DNA of 63,901 nucleotides, filler included, from Diploschistes diacapsis (lineage: Eukaryota), in the NCBI GenBank assembly GCA_023645945.1. It is 11 parts of 11 records of this genome, joined end to end, with 100 filler letters (N's around TTAATTAATTAA, not from the genome) between each part and the next. Parts side by side here need not be neighbours in the genome. Positions count along the whole stretch, not along the records: positions 27,368 to 29,143 come from JALAIB010002636.1; positions 29,244 to 31,015 come from JALAIB010002637.1; positions 31,116 to 32,887 come from JALAIB010002638.1; positions 32,988 to 34,756 come from JALAIB010002639.1; positions 34,857 to 58,297 come from JALAIB010000264.1; 6 more parts are not named here. One strand, given 5' to 3'. The notes below the pieces were generated by a model. The model had not been told where the DNA came from and did not search any database. It saw nothing but the letters and a program-made list of their open reading frames with translations. Position 1 is the stretch's first letter; each line of letters starts with the position of its first letter. This document shows, piece after piece, positions 27,453 through 37,664 of the stretch. A program made the translations under genes and the position numbers.

Positions 27453-28044
27453 TAGGCTGGCCGTTTCGTGCCACGGTCACTGACACGGACACTGCAGCAA
27501 AAATTTTCAAAACACGGACACTGACACGGACACGACAGCTAAAATTTTAAAACACGGACACTGACACGGACACTACACTGCAGTAAAAGCACGGACACGG
27601 ACACTACAATTAAAAATTTTAAAATACTGACACTGACACGGATATTGCATTTCCGTGAATCCACCGAAATACTGCGGTGAATCCACCGAAATACTACAAT
27701 AAAATTTTTTTAAAAAAATAAAAGCGTGAGAAATAGGCGTGATAATTCCAGAATTATTAAAATTAAAAAAATAATTTAAAATGTTTCGGTAAATGCACGG
27801 ACACGGACACCGCAATAAAAAATTTTTCGACACGGACACTAACACGGATACTATATTATAATAAAAATACGGACACGAACACTGTAATTAAAAATTTTAA
27901 AACATTAATATTAACACAGACACTGCATTTCCGTAAATCCACGGACACGGACACCGCAGCTAAAAAATCTAAAACACGGACACTGACACTATCAGTGTCC
28001 GTGTCACTGACACGGCCGTGTCAGTGTCAGTGACGGCCAGCCTA
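27453..28044. mobile_element. MITE-like non-autonomous DNA element (hAT-like ends) with 12-bp TIRs
   Basis: TAGGCTGGCCGT at 27453 and ACGGCCAGCCTA ending at 28044; interior filled with GACACGGACAC subterminal repeats. No clear TSD. Confidence 0.7.
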
Positions 28045-29243
28045 TTTTATACCTTTATCGAAACGGGAATTGTTGTTATTTAGAACTGGATCATTCAGTT
28101 TAATATTTTTGAATGTTGGGATCGCCTTTTCATCCATAGAGGTCTCGTTTTTTATAATGACGTTGGTATTATTAAGGAAATAGGTTTATAGTAATTAATA
28201 TTTAAATGTAGAGGGAAGTGGACGATTCTTAATTTAGATTATGCTTTAAGCGTTCTTCTTATAGAACTGCTTATCGAAAGAATAAGCCTAGTTCTTTCTA
28301 TCTAGGATTGTTAAGGGCAATGGGTCCTTAGCCTGGCGATATATAAAGTCTTTAGGTAAGCAGTATTCGGTTCTTATTAATACTAAATTATATAACTGTT
28401 GGCTGGACGAATTATCGTATAACTTTTTTTACTGTATCGGTTCGAGAATTTTATTTTATTTATATTTTCCGGTAGTTGTTCGAGCGTTAATTGTGATAAA
28501 GTAAATATATCGTTAAAGATCTTTAATCTTTATATGACTAACACGTATATTTAATGGAGCCTTTTTTTTAAAGATATCAGGTTTTAGTTAATAGAATTGG
28601 TAAGTTTGGGTAAGAACGTTTAATCAATACCTAAAATAGTTAACCATAGATGCGGTAAGGTGGGCCCTATAATTAACGTAGAAAGAGACGGAAATCTTAC
28701 GAGCGCGGTATTAAACGCCCTTGTTGATCCATATCAATAAGGATAGCTAATACTGTCTATCCAAGGGGTTTAAACTTTAGAAACATGGAATGAAGTTTAT
28801 TAATCCGGATCAGCAAAAGTGGCTATCGTTACCTATTTAAGAAATTTAGACTCTAAAAACATAAAAAATGTACTTAATGATCCAGATCGGTAGGGTTACG
28901 TGTGGAAAACTACTTATAAAGGAATCCATGGAAGTTGATTAGACAGGATATTATTAACCGTTGGACGAGTTTAATGTTATAAGAAGCTGTTGTAGGAAAA
29001 TAAGAAAAGAATATATATTATAAATTTAAAAAAACAACGCTGAATAATAATAAATAACATACTTATTGTATACTGTTAGAAATTATATAAAAAATTTAAA
29101 ATCATAACTTCGCCCCAGTTTCGCTAATTCACTTACATAATATNNNNNNNNNNNNNNNNNNNNNNNNNNNNNNNNNNNNNNNNNNNNTTAATTAATTAAN
29201 NNNNNNNNNNNNNNNNNNNNNNNNNNNNNNNNNNNNNNNNNNN

Positions 29244-29413
29244 CGGACATTATAATTAAAAATTTTAAAAATATTAATACTAATACGGACATTATATTTC
29301 CGTAAATCCATGGACACGGATATCGCAGCTAAAAAATCTAAAACACGGACACTAACACTATCAGTGTCCGTGTCACTGACACGGCCGTGTCAGTGTCAGT
29401 AACGGCCAGCCTA
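29244..29413. mobile_element. Right end of a further copy of the same TIR element
   Basis: Near-identical to 27870-28044 and ends ACGGCCAGCCTA. Confidence 0.8.
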
Positions 29414-30155
29414 ACCTAAAGGTCCTCGAATATTTAATTTAATTTTAAAGATCGGATAATATATCTATATTTCCGCGAGTAATTGTGTCGTCGTTTTTTT
29501 ATATTCCGTTATATCTTTCGGAATATCGTTATTTTTCGAAATTTTATTTATTTTAATACTTATAGCTTTATCACGTTCTCGATTATGATTTCTTAATTAA
29601 CACGTTCTTTGATTAAGTCTCTAAACGAGGATCTTTTCCGTTCGGGTTCCTCGCGGGGGCCTTTCTTGGATCCTCCCGGTACTGATTCTTCGCTGGTATT
29701 AAATCTTTCGAAGGTTTCTAACGTTAATGATTGTTGTAACGCGGGATATCTTATGGATTGTTTTTTAATTAACGATTTATTTACTGAATTATATTCTTTA
29801 ATCGATAGTATCTCGATTAATTTTTTAAAAAACAAAAATATTATCGATTTTTTTTTCTTTTTTGATCCTTTTTATTAACGAGAGTTATTATTTATAATAA
29901 ATCGACGAATAATATTTTCGAGTTCCGGTTATTATGGACTTACTCGAATACTTATTTCGGTTAACGTTTTAAATTCTCGTCATAAATACAAAAATAAAGT
30001 AAGCTTTTCGAATATAAAACGCCAGCGCAGGAATGAAATATTATACTATCGGGGGCTGAGCTTGATCCGGAAGGATTACGTGTAGCTAGACATCTGTAGA
30101 TAAAAGATCTCGATTCGAAAAGCTAGAAAAAAAACTATTTAAATGGGAGGGTACA
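29414..30155 (-). mobile_element. Gypsy-type element: partial 5' LTR, priming site and gag-proximal region
   Basis: 30015-30150 matches the LTR family at 31453 and 32337; 29735-30010 is the reverse complement of 32603-32887. Confidence 0.75.
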
Positions 30156-30390
30156 TCACGAAAAGTTTTTGGCGGCGAAACACCGCGAAAATCCGCGAAG
30201 TTGGCGAAACTGGCGAAACCGGCGAGGTGGGCGACAGATAATGCGTTCAAGCGACTCGCCGTGTTTCGCCAAACATTTTGGCGAAACGTGGCGAAATCGG
30301 CGAAACCGGCGAAACCGGCGAAACTTAGCAAAACTGACAAAACTAACGAAACCGGCGAAACTGGCGAAATTTAACGAAACCGGCGAGGCC
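30156..30390. repeat. GC-rich array of (C)GGCGAAA motifs, probably the subterminal region of another DNA transposon interrupting the LTR
   Basis: Repeated GGCGAAAC/CCGGCGAAA units with a local inverted copy (TTTCGCC). Confidence 0.55.
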
Positions 30391-31115
30391 AATTATTTTA
30401 TACTTATATTTTATTTAATTATTACTCGTCTCGCACCTTTCATAAATATAATCATTTATTATTATAATACGCCTTTTTTATATTTATAATTATTAATCGA
30501 TACTATAAACGTAATATATAAAATCTATAATATAGACGAGATTTATAATATAAAAAAAAATTTATAATATAGAAGAAATTTATGATATAAAAGAGATTTA
30601 TAACGTAAAAGAGGTCTATAATAAACTAAAGAAACTATAATATAAAAAAAAATTAAATATAAATCTAAACGTAATATTAACGTAATAACCGGGCGTCTTT
30701 ATAATAATAACTATTATCTTTTTTATTTCTTCCGGGAACGTTTGCGATACAATAAATATCTTATTAATATTCTATTATAATATCGACGTCTTATATTATA
30801 AACAATAATACGTAACCTATTCTCGTTATATATTCCTCTCTTTTTTTTTATGATCTTTAAAATCTAATCTATCAACGTCGTAATCGTAGTATTTTTATTA
30901 TACGTAATCCGCATAATTAATCGATCGTCTTTTATTACTACTATAATAAACTTAATAAACGTCAGTTTATTAATATTAATACTATAAATCAACGAGAGTT
31001 CATACAGTATATAATNNNNNNNNNNNNNNNNNNNNNNNNNNNNNNNNNNNNNNNNNNNNTTAATTAATTAANNNNNNNNNNNNNNNNNNNNNNNNNNNNN
31101 NNNNNNNNNNNNNNN

Positions 31116-32300
31116 AACTTGTCCATTATAACCTAAATGCTGTTATCTAAAACACCTATTATTAGATCCTTAGATATTAATAGTTTGATTATAAAGTCTA
31201 TTATGATTATCTTTTATGGTTAATCTGGTTTCTCGATAGTTTAAAGAATCCCGTATCTTCTATACGTAGAATATTTGTTCTTTTAATATTTCTCGTATTA
31301 TTTAATAAAATTAATAATTTGTTGTTTCATTCCTTCGAAATGGCAGTTGCGTTGAATGGCTTTAATAGTAGTTATAATACCTTTATATCTATATTCCGGT
31401 GGATTATGATGTTATTATCTACAATTTTATATCTTTTTTATAAGAATGTGTATAAAACGCCAGCGCAGGAAAGGATGCTACTCTACCGGGGGCTGGGCCT
31501 GATCCGGAAGGATTAGGTGTAGCTTGGGCATCTGCAGGTAAAAGGTCTCGATTCGAAAAGCTGAAAAAGAAACTATCTAGATGGAAGAAAGGCACCGTTA
31601 AGTAATGTGGGTGTTAGACCTACCGGGGTTCGGGGACTACCCATCTATACAGCCACCCCCTGACCCTGCCGTGGCTTGGCAAGCACCTGGGCACTAACCC
31701 TGCCGTGGCTTGGCAAGCCCAGCTTGGCAGGCCCCTGGGCTGGGCTGTCTCAGTGTAGCTTCCGTCGTGTTACTAAATATTATTCTTATTGATCTTTTAG
31801 GATATTTATAACTGCTATAAATTCTCGAAAATCTGTCGTGAATGATCCGTCATTATTGATCTTTAATAGTTTAGTTTAACGTAGTTTTTTTATTATATAA
31901 TCTGGCCACTTATTTAACGCGTTAGCTCGTTCGTTTGTTTTATTTACGATCTTTTTAATCGTAAAACGGTATCGTCCGAGAATCTTTAATCAACGAAACT
32001 ATTTCGGGTTAAGTTTCTTTATTATCGTAAACTTTAGTAAATTTATATAATCTATATAGATTTCGATTTTCTTTACTTCGTGAATATAAATATACTATTC
32101 GTTTAAAGTAACGATTATGGCGAGTAGTTTTTAATCGCTTATATCGTAATTAATTTTTATTAATGATATCTTTCTCGAATAACAGGTTATCAGCCGTTAC
32201 TTATTATTATTTATTCGAAAGGATCCGAATAGAATATTATTAGTCTCGAGTAATATATTTAAATTAAAAAACCCGAAGAACGAGGAAAACGATCGAATAT
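31116..32300 (-). mobile_element. Ty3/Gypsy pol relic (RNase H to integrase region)
   Basis: Minus strand reads INYDISD*KLLAII...IYIDYINL...KLNPK*FR*L...NERANALNKWPDY, a RIP-damaged NYxIxDKELLAI...TDHKNL...ADALSRRPDY. Confidence 0.85.
31453..31752 (-). mobile_element. Solo LTR (300 bp) with 5-bp TSD, inserted in the Gypsy pol
   Basis: Flanked by GTGTA at 31448-31452 and 31753-31757. It is the reverse complement of LTR 32337-32602 plus an internal duplication of about 34 bp. Confidence 0.9.
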
Positions 32301-32336
32301 CGTAAGTCTATTATAGATTAATTAAAGCGCTACCGA

Positions 32337-32887
32337 TGAGACAGCCCAGCCCAAGGGCCTGCTAAGCTGGGCTTGCCAAGACACGGCAGGGTCAGGAGGT
32401 GGCTGTATAGATGGGTAGTCCCCGAACCCCGGTAGGCCTAACACCCACATTACTTAACGGTGCTTTCTTCCTATTTAGATAATTTCTTTTTCAGCTTTTC
32501 GAATCGAGATCTTTTACCTATAAATACCTAAACTACGTTTATTCTTTCCGGATCAGGCCCAGCCTTCAGTAAAGTAACGTCCTTTCTTACGCTGGTGTTT
32601 CATATTCGAAAAACTCACTTTACCTTCGCACTCGTGACGAGAGTTTAAAACGTTAATCGAACCAAATATTCGAGTGAATCTACGATAACCGGAATTCGAA
32701 AATACTACCCGCCGATCTATTATAAACAATGGCCCCCGCTGATAAAAAAGATTAAAAGAGAAAAAAAAAATCGATAATATTTCCGTCTTTTAAAGAATTA
32801 ATCGAGATACCATCGATTAAAAAATACGATTTAATAAATAAATCGTTAGTTAAGAAACAATCTATAAAATATCCCGCGTTACAATAG
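32337..32887 (+). mobile_element. 5' LTR (32337-32602, TG...CA) and start of the internal region of a Gypsy-type element
   Basis: TGAGAC...TTTCA ends, followed by ATTCGAAAAACT, which is nearly complementary to the LTR-internal AGCTTTTCGAAT. Confidence 0.85.
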
Positions 32888-33368
32888 NNNNNNNNNNNNN
32901 NNNNNNNNNNNNNNNNNNNNNNNNNNNNNNNTTAATTAATTAANNNNNNNNNNNNNNNNNNNNNNNNNNNNNNNNNNNNNNNNNNNNCTGCTTAACGATT
33001 TAGTTTCTTTAATTAACACTCCCGATATTCCTTACAGATTTATTTAATATTAACGTATATTTTATTTCATTAATATCGCTAAACTATCATCTTTTACGTA
33101 ATGTTATAGTTTCTATAACCAGATTAGATGTACATTTCTTTTAAAATGTATATCCTTTTATCGAAATTATCAATCATTCTTCTTACTGCCTATAAATGGC
33201 AACCGCGTCTAAAAAGTTCCTTATATTAGATCAGATACTGGGTAGTTTGGCGTTTCAAATTTCTAAATTCGGCATTAAACATTCCTGATAATTTCTATAA
33301 TATAATCAAATATTCTGCTATCTTTTAATATTTATTAGAATACTAAGAATCTAGATTTAAAATCATAG

Positions 33369-34275
33369 TATAAACACAAGGCGCGCTGTCTAGGGAGACT
33401 TCCCTTGCTGTAGTAGGTAGGTAATCGTAGGTGGTGTAATAGGTGAATGTAGTGTGATCTCGTAGTCAACAGCATACCCAGGTAGGACATTTGTGAGGTG
33501 TAGGATGCATTCCTTGTCTAGAGCTACCTAGCAGGCCTCTTTAAATGGAGCTGCCCTTCGGGGACTACCCCACTAAGTCTTATAGCTTACTTTTCTGTTT
33601 ATATACGACCCCCCCCTCGACAGTTCGCTGCCCCATAACGAACTTTATATAGATCTTATTAACCGGAAATCTTTTTCCGGCTATCTATATCCTAATATAG
33701 TTTTGTATTTTTTAAACAATCGAAATATTTAGAAACCTATCATTTTTAATATTCCCTTCTCGACGTAATTATATTTTAAACGTAATAATATTTCTGAATC
33801 TATTCTTTTATATTTTATTCTCTTGAATACGGCAGGACAAAAAGGCGGTAATTATTTAAAGATATTTTTAACTTTTACCGTATTTATATTATCCGTAAAT
33901 ACTCTTTAAAAAATATTCTTATCTTCTATAATATTCTTACCATCCATTAATATTCTTTTAAACAAATATAATCAGCAGTATGTCCGTCCTTCTTATCTTT
34001 TTTTTATCTCCTTTCCCGTCTCGTTATTACTAATAAAAAGTCAATTACAGATAAATAAACAAAAAAGTAGATAAAGAAATTTATCACAAAATTAAGCAAG
34101 CTATAAAGCACAAGATAAGCATATTAACACATAAAAAAATAAGTACGTAAGCAAGAAAGTATTTAAAGGATAAACAAGAAAGCAAGCTTATTAAGAAACG
34201 AGCAGACAACCGAACAGCCATATAAATAAATAGATACTACTTTTTTCCTATTATCGGCCCCTAGGGTCTTATAAT
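33369..34275 (-). mobile_element. 3' LTR (33369-33603), PPT and 3' internal region of a further LTR family
   Basis: LTR ends TATAAAC...GTTTATA (RIP form of TGTAAAC...GTTTACA); adjacent CCCCCCCTC is a minus-strand PPT. Colinear with 58796-59705. Confidence 0.75.
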
Positions 34276-35624
34276 ACTAACTCTAACTTTTAAGCATATA
34301 ACCTTCAATCAAAATGGTTCCATCTTTTCATAAACTTTTTCTATATTTTTTTCTCTTTATTTATAGTTTAGATATTTATAGGCTTACTTTAAAAAATAGA
34401 TTACGAAGATTTCTAAGGATTTTGAAGAGCATTACCTAACAATACGCCAAAGGAAATACAACGTTTTTTAAACTTAAAGAAAAAATTTCTTTTCCGCCCT
34501 TTTAAAGACGAAATACGATTATTAAAAAATATAAAAATAAACGTTATTTCCGGACGAGAATCTAGACGTAAATAAAAAAAAGAACGAAAAAGAAGATCAA
34601 ATAAATAACCTTGATCTAAGCATAAAAAAGATAAAATCCAAAAAAAATAAAGAAGAAGAAAACGAAAAAGACCTTATAAGAAAATAAATACGGAATAAAA
34701 TTAAGGATTAAATACTGAAAGTAAGCCTATAAATATCTAAACTATAAATAAAGAGANNNNNNNNNNNNNNNNNNNNNNNNNNNNNNNNNNNNNNNNNNNN
34801 TTAATTAATTAANNNNNNNNNNNNNNNNNNNNNNNNNNNNNNNNNNNNNNNNNNNNATATGGGATCTAAAAGGCTTTAATACTTTTATAAAATAAATATA
34901 TGTAATTTTATTTTTAAAGCATACCTACCTTCGCCCTTATTATATAAAAATAATCTTTATGGTTATAACCTCAGGTACTCTTTCGTGTGTATTTTAAGGA
35001 AGTAATCGCAATATCTATAAGCATTCTGATAAAAGAAATTCGATTGCCGTAGAGAAATAATTTCAGAAAACGTCCCGTGCTTAAAATGTAACCATGCCCC
35101 TTTTATAGCTTTCTTTCACGCTTTTGGTTATGTCTGTTTTTTAATGCAATCCCTTATCTCTGTAACGCACGTTACGATTCGCCCTTACGATGTACTTTGG
35201 GGATACGTTAGTATATATTAGTGCTTAGTCGAGTCAAGTTCAATTTGGCTATTTATCGAGGATGACGGATGAGGCACTTTCATCCCTGTGTTCCTTTTAG
35301 TGTCTTTATCGATCCTCTTTTTTTTCGAAAGGGTTGTAAGATCAGCCTTCAACGTGCTCTTCAGTATGTATCGAGGTAAGTCTTAATTATGAGCGGGGGA
35401 TTTGCCAGGACCTTGAACGAATGCGTCGTTGAACTATTTTTTGACTTCTTTAGCTGCTGTGCGTGTCTTGGTAGGTTGCGGCTCTTATAGCATCGAAACG
35501 TGTTTTGAGGGTTTTTACTTTTACAAGAATAGGGAATTTTTACTCTTATTCCGTTTTGTTCTTTGCTGAGTTTTTTCTGGTACTATTTTTCTAATACTTT
35601 ATATTTTAATTCTATCATTTTATT

Positions 35625-37119
35625 ATGAAACCTCAAATCACTTTCGTTATAGCCGCGGTGGCTTAAACCGCTGCGGCTTTCCCGCATATGGCCATCAACG
35701 ATCTAGCAAAACGAGCATTGTTTCATGGCAGAGCTGGAGCTCCGGCATCTGGCGTCCCTATTCCGGATCCTGCATAAGTCGCAGGAATCTTTGATCCTAC
35801 CCTGCAATACGTGAGTACGACAGGTGAGCACGCTTTTATGCCCCCTGGTGAAGGGGACCAGAGGGGACCGTGCCCGGGATTGTAAGGTTCAATTACTTGA
35901 TATCAAGCTCATGCTCAACGTTGATGAATAGGAATGCTGCAGCAAACCATGGGTATATCCCCCACAACGGCGTCGGAACAATCCAGGTAGGTTGAGGACA
36001 AAGAGCAACCATACTCAAATCCTGAATCTGAATGTAGGACTTCATTAACGGAACCTACACGGCATTCGGAATGGGACTAGATCTGGGTGGATTTCTTGCA
36101 GTATACGGTTCGTAACCCTCTTTCCAACCCCCAAGACCATCATCCTATATTCTAACACCATGTAGGCGCCATCGAGGATGGCGATCTCACAAGCTGGTCC
36201 ATCGGCGGTCCACCAGGGATCCTCGGTCTCGGCGGCAACGGACTGATTGGCTCGCACAACAAGTACGAGTCGGACGTTTCCCCGACTCGGCCCAACCTCT
36301 ACGAATACGGCAACAACTACGAGGTCGAGATGTCGCAGTGGCAGGCGCTCTACGCCAAACAATCTTCCCTCTCCAACGACGAATCCAACTACAACCTCGC
36401 CGTCCTCCAAGAATTCCGCGCCGAGCGCTTCAACCAGTCCATCGCCAACAACCCCAACTTCTTCAACGGGCCCTTCAGCGGCGTGACCGTGCAGCCCGCG
36501 GCCTACACCTTCATCTACCGCTTCATGGCCAACAAGTCCGCCGAGCACCCGGACGGCGTGCTGACCCAGGACGTGCTCAAGTCCTTCTTCGGCATCACCG
36601 AGAACGCCGACGGGAGCTTTAGCGGCGGCCTAGGCTGCGAGCGCATCCCCGATAACTGGTACAAGCGCGCGATCGGCGACGAGTACACCATCCCCTTCTA
36701 TGCTTTGGATCTGAACTACGAGGCGCTGCAGTACCCGCAATTCTTGAGCGTGGGCGGCAACACGGGCACCACGAACAGCTTTACGGGCGTGGACATTACG
36801 GATCTCACGGGGGGCGTCTTCAACGCGCAGACGCTGCTGCAGGGGAATAACCTATTCTGTCTGGGGTACCAGTTCGCGCAGGCGGGGTTGACGGATCAGT
36901 TGGAGGCGCTGGGCGGGACGCTGACGGAGCTTATTGGCACCATCAGCCCGCAGGCGGCGGAGGCTATCAGCAATTTGGGCTGTCCGGTAAGTCTATGCGA
37001 GGGGGCATTGATGATGGTGCAAAGGCTGACGTGATTTGCTACAGCAATTGAACGATATCGATACGTCGATGCTCAACCAGTTGCCGGGGTACACGAAGGG
37101 CGGTAGCATTTTGAGGTGA
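35625..37119 (+). pseudogene. Heme-thiolate peroxidase / unspecific peroxygenase (long type), with two premature TAA codons in exon 1
   Basis: Signal peptide from ATG 35625, GDQRGPCPGL|NAAANHGYIPHNG (PCP heme-ligand motif), SHNKYESDVS, YRFMANKS. In-frame TAA at 35664-35666 and 35775-35777; 4 introns. Confidence 0.88.
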
Positions 37120-37664
37120 TGGGGCCTGGGGCGAGGCATGTAGGAGGCTTTGACGCCTTGTGGACTGCGAGCTCTGATTCGTAATATGTTGAAGTTTTTC
37201 TTGTAGATAATATGGAAAACTTAGTGACGCTTGTAAAGTTGTTTGAAGTCCACCATTCATACTCGGCTCGTAAGACAGTCACGTGAGCAAAGATAGAAGC
37301 CGCTATGAACCTTTTTTGTCACGCTGTTTACCCTCGATGCCTGAGCTCTTCCGGGTCTCGCTATTCCTGCCATGAAGAACGTAGGCGATGAGACTTAGGT
37401 GACAAGTGCTTTGCATCTTTCTCGACGAGGCTCCGGGAATATAAGCATCCTTGCTCGCTCGCCGGAGTGGGCGATCAATAGCACAGCCTTGCCGATGTCT
37501 CATCTCTACCTCAACAATTCGCTTCACTTGACGTCTCACGGTAAGTTCTCAACAGGACCAAAAGTCTCAGAACGCCTCGACGCTATCAACTTTTCCCTTG
37601 ATTGTGAGCACCATCACCCCATTCAGTGGAAGAACAAGAAGTCGTCGCATAGCGCTGTCCTGCT

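Noticed and set aside
27480..28030. Short repeats with spacers, superficially CRISPR-like
   Set aside because: Eukaryotic context, irregular 6-12 nt units, non-unique spacers, no cas genes, and bounded by TIRs.
23611..34756. Apparent 11-kb transposon island or centromere-like block next to the UPO gene
   Set aside because: Made of six independent short contigs, so physical linkage is unsupported.
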